Of a stretch of 64,000 nucleotides of DNA, positions 1 to 9,433 are shown in pieces (the stretch's first letter is position 1; the number at the start of each line of letters is the position of its first letter). The notes beneath the pieces are model-generated. The model had not been told where the DNA came from. It saw only the letters and a list, made by a program, of their open reading frames with translations, and did no database searches. Position numbers and translations under genes: made by a program. Source of the stretch: an uncultured delta proteobacterium (GTDB lineage Bacteria; Myxococcota_A; Polyangia; Polyangiales; B10-G4); contig CAVSGI010000014.1 in assembly GCA_963727445.1 (NCBI GenBank), positions 224,001-288,000 of the forward strand, in the 5' to 3' direction.

Positions 1-8
1 GACGTTCG

Positions 9-2096
9 CTACGGCACGATCGTGAACGGCTCGCTCTCGGCTTCGCCCGTGCCTCGCACGCTCACCGCGAAGCGATTGGTCCCGGGGGCTGCCGGCAGCT
101 GCACAATCAGCCGACCCTCGGAGGCGTTGTCGACGCGCACCGGGTGATCGCCGAAGCGGACCTGGTTGCGGCGTGCGCTCGAGGAGAAGCCGTGGCCACG
201 GATCACCACGTGACAGCCCGGGCGGTAGCAGGACGGAGTCATCTGAGTGATGGCGATGCCTCGGGGAGCCGCGGTCACCGTGAACGCCGGTGTGTTGGCG
301 GTGCGGCCGTCGGGGAGGCGCACCGTGAGCGGGCCATCTTGAGCGCGCCGGGGAACCACCACCAACAGGCCTCCGTTCGTCACCTCGCCGCGCACGGCGC
401 GCCGGACGTTCGGGAAGAGGACGACCGTTCCGTCCACCAACCCTTCGCCGCGCACCAGCACGGTGTCGCCGACGAAGGTGCTCGTCGGGTCGATGGCGCT
501 GACGGTGAAGGCGCTCGTGACGTTGAAGCGGGACCGCGAGCTGGCCGTGCCCTGAAGCCGAACGTCGACGGTGATCTGATCGCTGGTCGCACCGGCAGGC
601 ACCACGGCGACGATCTCGCCGTTGGCCACCGAACGCACCTGCATCGGCCGGTTGCCGATGCGCACCCGGACCAGGGCCAGGGCGGTGCCGAAGTTGTCGC
701 CGGTGATGGTCACCTCGGTCCCCGGCGCGCCCGCGCTGGGCGTGAAGCTCCGGACCACCGGCGGCTGCGTCAGCACGAAGGGCGATGCCGAGCGCGCCTC
801 GCCGTTGTGAGGCACGCGCACCCGCAAGAGGCCGCTTCGAGGGGCCGTCATCCGGACGCGGAGCTCGTTGGCGCTCGCGGCGAGCACGTCGATGCGGTTG
901 CGACCGACGAACACTTCGTTGCCCGCCGGATCCGGCGAGAAGCCGCCGCCGCGGATGGTGACCTCGCTGTTCGCGGGGCCTGTAGTGGGGGAGAAGCTCG
1001 TGACCTGCACCGGCGTGAGCACGGTGAAGCTCGCGTTCGACTCCACCGGGCCGACGCCGTTGACGGAGACGGCGATCTTCCCGCTCGGCGTGCCCTCCGG
1101 GATGTCGACGTCGATGCGATTGGGCAGCACGCGCCGAAGCGTCACGGCGCGCCCGCCCACCGTCACCGAGACGACGCGCGGGTCACGACCGAAGCGCTCG
1201 CCGCGGATCGCCACACGGCTTCCGGGAGCCGCTGCGGTGGGCTCGAAGGCGGACACCACCGGCGTGTACTGAATCACGAAGGGCGACCCGCTCTCGGCGC
1301 GCCCTCCCCCCTGCACGTCCACCAGGATCGGTCCCGACGCAGCCCCCTCGGGGATGCGCGCGACGAGGGTGGTCGCGGTCGCCGAGCGCACCCTCAGCGG
1401 CCGGTTGTTGATGTAGGCGCGGTTCGCACCGCGGCGTGTAGAAAAGCCGGTGCCGATGATCCGGATCTCCGTCCCTGGCGGCCCCGAGTGTGGCGAGACC
1501 TCGGAGATGGTCGTCGAGGCGCCGACCTCGAAGGGATTGCTCTGCACCTGGCCAGCGTGGCTCACGTCGACCACGAAACGGCCGTTGGTCGCACCCGAGG
1601 GAACCACGAGCACGAGACGCGTCGGCGTCGCCGAGCGCACGACCACCGGGCGGCTTCCGAGGGTGACTCGGTTGTCGCTGATGCGCGGCGCGAAGTTCTC
1701 GCCGACGAGGGTGACCTCGGTGCCCGGCCCGCCTTGGCTCGGGGTCATTCCGAGGATGGTCGGCGCGGGCCGACCGGCGGTCACGCGGAAGTAGGGACCA
1801 CGAAAGTCGCCGAAGCCGGTGTGCACCACGATGTTGCCGCTCTGGGCCCCCTCCGGGATGCGTACGACCCAGCGACCCGGGTGGCGACGAACGGTGATCA
1901 GCTCGGTCTGCCCGAGCATGATCTGGCTTCGGGGGTGGATTTGCCGGCCCACCAACTGCACCTCGATGCCCACCGGCCCGGCCGCGGGCTCGATCCGCTC
2001 GATCACCGGCCTCGGCTGGGCCGAGGCGGCGGCCGGCGCGATCAGAGCCGCGAGCGCGACGAGGACGAGGACGGGGAGATCACGGAGCTCAGGCAC
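9..2096 (-). CDS. Secreted IPT/TIG-repeat protein (about 8 tandem Ig-like domains)
   Basis: Repeats of P.I..f.P..G..Gt.V.I.G..F. Signal peptide [23 protein letters not shown] at 2096 follows AAGGTGG; the longer ORF start overlaps hutU. Confidence 0.85.
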   Translation of the reverse strand: MPELRDLPVLVLVALAALIAPAAASAQPRPVIERIEPAAGPVGIEVQLVGRQIHPRSQIMLGQTELITVRRHPGRWVVRIPEGAQSGNIVVHTGFGDFRGPYFRVTAGRPAPTILGMTPSQGGPGTEVTLVGENFAPRISDNRVTLGSRPVVVRSATPTRLVLVVPSGATNGRFVVDVSHAGQVQSNPFEVGASTTISEVSPHSGPPGTEIRIIGTGFSTRRGANRAYINNRPLRVRSATATTLVARIPEGAASGPILVDVQGGGRAESGSPFVIQYTPVVSAFEPTAAAPGSRVAIRGERFGRDPRVVSVTVGGRAVTLRRVLPNRIDVDIPEGTPSGKIAVSVNGVGPVESNASFTVLTPVQVTSFSPTTGPANSEVTIRGGGFSPDPAGNEVFVGRNRIDVLAASANELRVRMTAPRSGLLRVRVPHNGEARSASPFVLTQPPVVRSFTPSAGAPGTEVTITGDNFGTALALVRVRIGNRPMQVRSVANGEIVAVVPAGATSDQITVDVRLQGTASSRSRFNVTSAFTVSAIDPTSTFVGDTVLVRGEGLVDGTVVLFPNVRRAVRGEVTNGGLLVVVPRRAQDGPLTVRLPDGRTANTPAFTVTAAPRGIAITQMTPSCYRPGCHVVIRGHGFSSSARRNQVRFGDHPVRVDNASEGRLIVQLPAAPGTNRFAVSVRGTGEAESEPFTIVP

Positions 2097-2256
2097 GTGG
2101 GCCACCTTTCGAGTCAGCGCGGGCAGGCTCTTCCAATCGCCCAAAGGCGTCAATGGGCCCGGAAAAACGGTCCCGCCGCGTCGGACGAGATGGGACCCCA
2201 AAGGATTCAAGGCCGCCTCCGTGCTAGGGTCCGCGGCCCGAACGGAGGACGAAATC

Positions 2257-3914
2257 ATGAGCACGAGCAGGACCGTCCGCGCCCCTCGCGGCGTGGAGCT
2301 CAGCTGCAAGGGCTGGCCGCAGGAGGCCGCGCTCCGGATGCTGATGAACAACCTCGATCCCGAGGTCGCCGAGCGCCCCGAGGATCTGGTGGTCTACGGC
2401 GGCACCGGCAAGGCCGCGCGCTCGTGGGACGCTTTCGACGTGATCGTGCGCGAGCTGCGCGACCTCGAGGCCGACGAGACCCTCCTGGTGCAGTCGGGCA
2501 AGGCGGTCGGCCGCTTTCGCACGCACGCGGATGCGCCGCGCGTGCTCATCGCCAACAGCCTGCTGGTGCCCGCCTGGGCCAACTGGGACGAGTTCCGCCG
2601 CCTCGAGGCGGAGGGTCTCACGATGTACGGCCAGATGACCGCGGGCTCGTGGATCTACATCGGCACGCAAGGGATCCTTCAAGGCACCTACGAGACCTTC
2701 GTCGCCGCGGGCAACACGCACTTCGGCGGTGAGTGGAAGGGCAAGTGGATCCTCTCCGCCGGTCTCGGCGGCATGGGCGGCGCGCAGCCCCTCGCCGCGA
2801 CCATGGCCGGCGCGGCTTTCCTGGGCGTGGAGGTCGATCCCGCGCGCGTGAAGCGCCGCCTCGAGACACGCTACGTCGACGCCGCCACCGAGAGCCTCGA
2901 CGAGGCCCTCGACATGGTGAAGAAGTGGACCGCCGCGGGCGAGGCCAAGTCCGTCGCGCTCATCGGCAACGCGGCGCAGATCTACCCGGAGCTCGTTCGC
3001 CGAGGCGTCACCCCCGACTTCGTCACCGAGCAGACCTCGGCGCACGATCCGCTCAGCGGCTACATCCCGCCGGACCTCGATCTCGACCGCGGCCGCCGAG
3101 CTGCGCGCGCGCGACCCCGAGAGCTACGTGCGCCGCGCGCGCGACGGGATGGCGGCGGAGGTGCGCGCGATGCTGGCGATGGTGCGCGCCGGCGCTCACG
3201 CCTGCGACTACGGCAACAACATCCGCGAGCAGGCGCGCATCGCCGGGGCCGACGACGCCTTCGACATCGAGGGCTTCGTCCCGGCCTACATCCGGCCGCT
3301 CTTCTGCGTCGGCAAGGGTCCCTTCCGCTGGGTCGCGCTCTCGGGCGACCCCGAGGACATCCGCGTGACCGACGAGGCGGTGAAGGAGGTGTGTCCCCGA
3401 CGACGCCGCCCTTCATCGCTGGATCGACATGGCCCAGGAGCGCGTCGCCTTCCAGGGCCTGCCCTCCCGCATCTGCTGGCTCGGCTACGGCGACCGGCAC
3501 CGCGTCGGCCTGAAGTTCAACGAGCTGGTGCGTGAAGGAAAGGTGAAGGCGCCGATCGTGATCGGCCGCGACCACCTCGACTGCGGCTCGGTGGCGAGCC
3601 CCAACCGCGAGACCGAGGGCATGAAGGATGGCTCCGACGCCATCGCCGACTGGCCCATCCTCAACGCGCTCGTCAACACCGCGGCCGGCGCGACCTGGGT
3701 GAGCGTTCACCACGGCGGCGGCGTCGGCATCGGCTACTCGATCCACGCCGGAATGGTGGTCGTGGCCGACGGAACGAAGGAAGCGGACGCCCGCCTCGAG
3801 CGCGTGCTGACCAGCGACCCGGGCATGGGCGTCATCCGCCACGCCGACGCCGGCTACGACCTGGCGAAGAAGACCGCCGAAGAGCGGGGCGTCCACGTCC
3901 CGCACGCACGATGA
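2257..3914 (+). CDS. hutU: Urocanate hydratase (two apparent frameshifts, near 3088 and 3392)
   Basis: Motifs [65 protein letters not shown] spread over three frames. GGAGGA SD before ATG 2257. Confidence 0.95.
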
Positions 3915-5174
3915 GCGAGCGCCACGCGCTGGTCGTCCACGGCGGGACGCATCGTCACCTGCGACGGCCCCGACGACGCCCCGGCGAAGGAGCGGCTGGC
4001 CATCGTCGAGGACGGAGCGGTCGCCGTCGGAATGGACGGTCGCATCGCCTACGTGGGCGAGAGCTCGCGGGCGCTCCTCGAGAGCGCCGACGAGGTGGTG
4101 GACGCGCGCGGCGGCGCCGTGCTCCCGGGTCTCGTCGACCCGCACACCCACCTCGTCTTCGCCGGGAGCCGCGTCGACGAGTTCGCCCGACGCATGGCGG
4201 GCGAGGACTACCGCGCCATCGCCGCGGCCGGCGGGGGTATCGCGGCCACGGTCCGGATGACGCGCGACGCGGACGACGACACGCTCTTCACCCTCGCCGC
4301 CCGGCGCGCGCGTGCGATGCGCGCTCACGGGGTGACGACGATCGAGGCGAAGAGCGGCTACGGCCTCGACGCGAGCGCCGAGATCGCCTCGCTGCGCGCG
4401 GCGCGGCGCGTGGGCGACGAGGGCATCGTGCGCATCACCACCAGCTTCTCGGCGCGCATGCGCTGCCCCCCGAGTACGCCGACGACCGCGCGGGCTACGT
4501 CGAGCACGTGGTGAACGAGCAGCTACCGATGGTGGTGGACGCGAAGCTCGCCGACGCGATCGACGCGTACATCGACGACGGCGCCTTCACCCTCGAGGAG
4601 GGCCGAAAGGTGCTGAGCGCTGGACGCGACGCGGGTCTCGCCGTGCGCGCTCACGCCGGACAGTTCGCCGATCTCGGGCGCGCCCGAGCTGGTGGCCGAG
4701 CTCGGCGGGCTCTCGGCGGATCACCTCGAGGAGGTGTCCGACGCTGGGCGCCGCGCCATGGCCGAAGCGGGCGTGGTCGGCACGCTCTTGCCGGGCGCGT
4801 GGCGCACGCTCCGGCAGACGCCGCCCGACGTCGGCGCGCTTCGCGCAGCGGGCGTGCGGATGGCCGTGGGCACGGACCTCAATCCCGGCACCAGCCCCAC
4901 GACCGACCTCCCGCTCTGCGCCGCGCTCGCAGTCCGGGACGCGGGCCTGACCCTCGAAGAGGCGGTGCTGGCCGTGACCGCCGAGGCCGCGCGAGCCGCT
5001 GGCGTGAGGGGCGCCGGTCGGCTGCGCGAGGGCGCCTTCGGCGACCTCGCGATCTACCTCCACGACGACCCCCGGGCGCTGGCTTACGGGATCGGGGACG
5101 TCCGCCCGATCCTCACGATTCTGGGCGGCAAAGTCGTGCATCGCGGGGATTTTCAAGCCGTCTCTGTCTGGTAG
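3911..5174 (+). CDS. hutI: Imidazolonepropionase (apparent frameshifts near 3945, 4449, 4677)
   Basis: [60 protein letters not shown] overlap with the hutU stop. Confidence 0.92.
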
Positions 5175-5189
5175 ACTCCGGGGCTCCCG

Positions 5190-5519
5190 ATGGATCTGGA
5201 TACCGAGGCGGCCTACGAGGCCTACCTAGCGCGATTCGACGACGAGTTCGGGGACAAGCCCCCCGGCACCTTCGTCAAGTTCGGAAAGCACATGGTGCAG
5301 AAGCTCACCGAAAAAGAGTTCCCCGAACGACTCGATTACTACCTGAGGATGCACCGCACCGCGAAGGAGATGCTGGCCGCCGGATCCACCATCAACGACG
5401 CGGTCGTCCTCGAGTTCGACGAAGCGTCGGCGTGGATCGCGATCAAGGCGCCCAACATGCTGAAGATGTTCAGCGGTGAGATCGGCGACCCGGACGTCGC
5501 CAAGGGCATCAAGAAGTAG
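5190..5519 (+). CDS. Hypothetical protein (109 aa), probably co-transcribed with hutUI
   Basis: Clean ORF with typical codon bias, 15 bp after hutI. Confidence 0.7.
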   Translation: MDLDTEAAYEAYLARFDDEFGDKPPGTFVKFGKHMVQKLTEKEFPERLDYYLRMHRTAKEMLAAGSTINDAVVLEFDEASAWIAIKAPNMLKMFSGEIGDPDVAKGIKK

Positions 5520-5537
5520 CCGTCGCCAGCCGCCGCT

Positions 5538-5834
5538 TCAGTAGCTCCGCGGCAGGCCGTCCTCGTCCATGGTGTCGAGGGCGTAACGGATGAGCGCGCT
5601 GCGGCTCATCTTGCGGTGCCCCTTCTCTTTGAGACGGGCGACGGCGGCGTCCAGACGTGCCAGGTCGTCCTTGTACATGGAGATGCAGATCACCTCGTAG
5701 TGGTCGGGCTTCTTCTTCTTGGTCTTCGCGCGACGCTTGGTCGGCGCCTTGACGGTCTTGCCCACCGGCTTGGCGCGGTAGAAGCGGTCCCTGAGGACCG
5801 CGTCCACCTCGTCCTTCGAAAAAACATCCTTCAT
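5538..5834 (-). CDS. Small basic protein with a C-terminal ribbon-helix-helix (CopG/ParG-like) pattern
   Basis: Strand-helix-helix pattern VICISMY-KDDLARLDAAVARLK-MSRSALIRYALD after a Lys/Arg-rich linker; 10 bp downstream of the ParA gene. Confidence 0.65.
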   Translation of the reverse strand: MKDVFSKDEVDAVLRDRFYRAKPVGKTVKAPTKRRAKTKKKKPDHYEVICISMYKDDLARLDAAVARLKEKGHRKMSRSALIRYALDTMDEDGLPRSY

Positions 5835-5844
5835 CGGGGATACC

Positions 5845-6957
5845 TCAAGTGATCTGGTGAATCGTCTCGGCGAGCGCGACCGCGGTCTCGTGAAGCATGG
5901 GCGCCGGGATGCTGCTCTTCCGCGTGGGGCTGCGCATGTCGCGAATGCGATCGACCAGGGTCGTGTAGTCGAGCGCGCCGTTGCTCATGGGCGCGAGCTC
6001 GAAGATGGTCTTTCGATCCCGCGGGGCTTCACGCAGCTTGGTGTTGACGCGAATCGCGGGCAGGCACTTGTCCCCGAAGTGCTCGCGCAGGGTGTCGACA
6101 GCCTCGTGGGAGATGCTGTTGCGCACGTCGAAGAAGGTGGGGATCACACCGAGCAGCTCGATGTCATGTCCCAACATCTCCCGCACGTTCTTGATGGTGC
6201 GCAGCACCTGGCGGACGCCCACCAGCGACAGGTAGTCGCAGCTGACCGGCAACAGAACGCTATCGGCGTAGACCAGGACGTTCTGATTCATCAGCGACAG
6301 CGCGGGCGCGCAATCGAGGACGATCACGTCGTAGCCCCGCACCCGGTCGCCCAGGCGCTCGCGCAGAATTCGGTCGCGGTTGGGACGCTGGGCCAGGTAG
6401 AGTTCCGCCGCCGAGAGGAGCTCGTTGCTGGTGAGCACGTCGAGGTTCTTGCGCACCGGCACCGCCGCCTGCGCCGCGTCCGCTCCGTCGACGATGACGT
6501 GGTAGAGCGAACGTTCGCCGCGAATACCGAGACTGGCCCCGACGTTGCCCTGGCCGTCGCAGTCGATGAGCAGGACCTTCTCACCCGCCTCGGCGAGCCC
6601 CGCCGCGAGGTTGATCGCGGTCGTGGTCTTGCCGGTGCCACCCTTGTGGTTGAAGACCGCGATGCGCGCGGGGATGCGGCGGTGACGCTTCGAGAGCGCG
6701 GGACCCACGTCGCGGCATCGAGGCGTGCAGTAGTACCTCGCGCCCGCATCTTCCGTCTGAACCTGATACGGGTACTCCAGCTCGAACTGCTTCGCGCAGA
6801 CGCTGCACTGCTGCGCTTGTCGCGCGCCCATCGCCTGCTGCTGGCAGATCTGCGAGCAGTAATAGGAGAAGCCCACCGGCCCCTCGTGCACCTGATACCG
6901 GAACCGCACCTCGAAATCGCGCGAGCACACGCTGCACTTCGACCGAACCGAATCCAT
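5845..6957 (-). CDS. ParA/Soj-family ATPase with two N-terminal TRASH/zf-FCS-like Cys motifs
   Basis: Deviant Walker A KGGTGKTT, LLIDCDGQGN, IVLDCAP, IRVNTKLREAP. N-terminus carries CSVC..YYCSQIC and CSVC..YYCTPRC. Confidence 0.9.
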   Translation of the reverse strand: MDSVRSKCSVCSRDFEVRFRYQVHEGPVGFSYYCSQICQQQAMGARQAQQCSVCAKQFELEYPYQVQTEDAGARYYCTPRCRDVGPALSKRHRRIPARIAVFNHKGGTGKTTTAINLAAGLAEAGEKVLLIDCDGQGNVGASLGIRGERSLYHVIVDGADAAQAAVPVRKNLDVLTSNELLSAAELYLAQRPNRDRILRERLGDRVRGYDVIVLDCAPALSLMNQNVLVYADSVLLPVSCDYLSLVGVRQVLRTIKNVREMLGHDIELLGVIPTFFDVRNSISHEAVDTLREHFGDKCLPAIRVNTKLREAPRDRKTIFELAPMSNGALDYTTLVDRIRDMRSPTRKSSIPAPMLHETAVALAETIHQIT

Positions 6958-7299
6958 TTCGCCCTCCTCGCGATGCGCTTATCGAAGCGAATCGCTAAGG
7001 CAGACGAACCACGCCGGGCGATGAGCGGTCAAAAAATCGACGAGCTCATCCGCCGAGCATCACGCCGCAGCCGACCGAGAGCTCGCCGCCCACGGCCGGG
7101 TCGAGAAGCACCGAAAAGTCGATGAATACTGGGCCCAGGAGCGCTCCCGCGCGGAGGTACCAGCCCCACTCGGCCCCTCTGCGCCTGGGCGACCGAAGAC
7201 GACGACAATGAGAGCGCGAGCGCGAGAAGACAGAAGAGCCGAGCCACTCGCGTCGATTAAATCACAGCTCCCGAAAACGGAGTGTGTGCCCGCCAACGC

Positions 7300-8016
7300 C
7301 TAGGGCAGTTTTACCTTCAGCTTCGCGAAGTCCTTTTCGACGTGCTTCGCCCAACCCTGGTTCGCCTTCGGGCTCGCCGGGCTCGGGTGCAGGATCACTC
7401 CGACCCGGCGGGTGTCACCGACGACGGCCTTCGCCCGCTTCTCGGCCCAGACGCCGACGCCGATCACCAGCTCGGGGTCGAGGAGCGCGATCGCGCGGCC
7501 CAGGTGCTTGTCGCAGACCGCCTCGAGCGCGGCCCGCTCCTCCTTGGGCAGCTTGTCGGGGGTGCGGTTTCTGCCGCTCTCCTCCATGAAGACCAACGGG
7601 CAGTAGTTGAGGATGAAGAAGCGCTCGAAGAACGCCTCGGGCGTCTCGAAACGATCGCGGATGAAGCCCCACAGGCGCGTGCCGCTCACCTCGGAGCGGG
7701 TGCAGTCGAAGCCCTCGATGGGGCGCTTGGGGTGCACCTTCTTCGGCTTCTTCACCGGCGCGTCGATGCCGAGAAAATCACGCACCATCGAGACCTCGCC
7801 GAAGGGGACGCCTGTCTGCGCCATGCCGAAGGGACCCGGGTTCATCCCGACCAGGACGAACTGCTTCTTGCCGCCGCCGTAACGCTCGAGGAAGGCCTCG
7901 TGCGGCGCACGCGCGTAGGTGAGCGGGTTGTAGACGTGGGTGACGGGGTCGGCGAAGGTGAGCTTGCCGACGTCGCGGCTCAGGCCGCGGCTGATGCTCG
8001 AGAGGGTCGTCGTCAT
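7300..8016 (-). CDS. SMUG1-type (family 3) uracil-DNA glycosylase
   Basis: GMNPGPFGMAQTGVPFG, SEVSG.RLW, NYCPL, HPSPASP. Confidence 0.92.
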   Translation of the reverse strand: MTTTLSSISRGLSRDVGKLTFADPVTHVYNPLTYARAPHEAFLERYGGGKKQFVLVGMNPGPFGMAQTGVPFGEVSMVRDFLGIDAPVKKPKKVHPKRPIEGFDCTRSEVSGTRLWGFIRDRFETPEAFFERFFILNYCPLVFMEESGRNRTPDKLPKEERAALEAVCDKHLGRAIALLDPELVIGVGVWAEKRAKAVVGDTRRVGVILHPSPASPKANQGWAKHVEKDFAKLKVKLP

Positions 8017-8041
8017 GGCCTAAGCCTCGGCCGATCCCCTA

Positions 8042-9433
8042 TCAGAGATGCAGGTTCAGGCCCAGGCGAACGATGTCTGCCGAGCCGCTGTAGGTCCCAG
8101 TCGGGCTCGGATGGTTGAAGGCCACCAGCGAAGGCTGGCTCACAGGTCGGTGATAGCTCTGGGTGATGTTGCGGTCGGGCAAGAAGACGTGGCTGTACTG
8201 AAGATAGACGCTGAAGGCATCGACGATGCGCCATCGCGCCGCGAGGCCGAGCTCCCAGCGATCGAAGTCGATGTTGTTCGGCGCCATGGTGAGATCGGGG
8301 ACGATGTTCGTCTGGAAGCTGCCGAAGACGATCAAGCGAACCTGCTCCACCGGCAGATAGGCGGCGCGGAGCTGGAGGCGATGACGGTTGGTGTAGGCCT
8401 GCGGCTTGGTGGTGTTCTCCACCGCGTCGGAGGTCGCCTCGGTGATGATGAGATTGAAGTTGGGCTGCGAGGCGGTGTTCTCGAAGACGTAGTTCAGGCC
8501 GAGCTCGACGTTGGGAACCGGATAGACGCTCACGCCGGCGCCGAGGCGCCAGGGTCGGCTGAGGTCGAGGTCGAAGTTGCCGCTGAGCTCCGGCAGCGTG
8601 ATCCCCGGCAGGATCCCGTTCGCGTAGTCGACGAGGGTCGGCGGGTACTCGACCGAGAGGCTGCCGCTTCCGTTTATCGACACCGGGGTGTGGGCCGACA
8701 CGCCGAAGGAGAGCTGGTCGAGGGGATGGAAGAAGAGCCCGAAGACGCCGCCGATTCCCCAGCCATCGGCGCCCCCGGTCACGGGCGCCGCGAGCGAAGG
8801 GTCGGCGTAGGGGAAGGGGCTATCGACCGGGGGCATGTCGGCCATCTGATTGACCTGGGCGTTCAGCTGGGCGCCGAGGTCCTTGTCGACGTCGATGGTC
8901 ATGTTGGCGTAGGTGACGTTCACGCCCGCGCCCACCGAGAACCAATCGACGGGGGACCAGCTCACGGCCGGCACCAGGGAGATGTCGAAGATCGCGCCGT
9001 TGACCATGTAGTAGCGCGTGATCTGGCTCGCTCCGTCGTCGCGGCCCCACTGCCCGCCCTGGGTGTCGGGGATGGTGATGGTCATGCCGACGCGCCAGTC
9101 GGGATGAATGGCCGCCGTGTAGCCGCCCAGCGTGAGGTTGGGGCCGACGGGCGATGCGTGGCTGGCAGCGCTACCGTCCAGCGGCTGGTAGTTGGCGTTC
9201 AAGAAGGCGGCGCCCACGTCGAGCTCGACCAGGCTCCCGTCGCCGGCGTCCATGGCGGCGGGGTTGTTGAAGGCCGACGCGCCATCGGCGGTCGCGGCCC
9301 CCGAGGTCACCGTCCCCACGTACTGCGCAGACGCGCGCCCCACCCCGATCCCCCACGCCGTCAGGAGGGTCGCGGTCAGGAGGAACAGCGCTGCGAGCCA
9401 CCGTCGGTCATCTATCGACGACGACGACGGCAC
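8042..9433 (-). CDS. FadL/TodX (OMPP1)-like outer-membrane transporter; start approximate
   Basis: Signal peptide, then the hatch motif ADGASAFNNPAAM, alternating beta-strands, LVPAVSWSPVDWFSVGAG, C-terminal GLNLHL. Confidence 0.75.
   Translation of the reverse strand: MPSSSSIDDRRWLAALFLLTATLLTAWGIGVGRASAQYVGTVTSGAATADGASAFNNPAAMDAGDGSLVELDVGAAFLNANYQPLDGSAASHASPVGPNLTLGGYTAAIHPDWRVGMTITIPDTQGGQWGRDDGASQITRYYMVNGAIFDISLVPAVSWSPVDWFSVGAGVNVTYANMTIDVDKDLGAQLNAQVNQMADMPPVDSPFPYADPSLAAPVTGGADGWGIGGVFGLFFHPLDQLSFGVSAHTPVSINGSGSLSVEYPPTLVDYANGILPGITLPELSGNFDLDLSRPWRLGAGVSVYPVPNVELGLNYVFENTASQPNFNLIITEATSDAVENTTKPQAYTNRHRLQLRAAYLPVEQVRLIVFGSFQTNIVPDLTMAPNNIDFDRWELGLAARWRIVDAFSVYLQYSHVFLPDRNITQSYHRPVSQPSLVAFNHPSPTGTYSGSADIVRLGLNLHL

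Noticed and set aside
3080..4690. Programmed frameshifting in hutU/hutI
   Set aside because: No slippery heptamers seen, and similar indels are scattered over many unrelated genes
7029..7247. 72-aa ORF with a signal-peptide-like start upstream of the ParA gene
   Set aside because: The sequence after the leader is low-complexity and lies in the probable promoter region; it may be a remnant but cannot be supported
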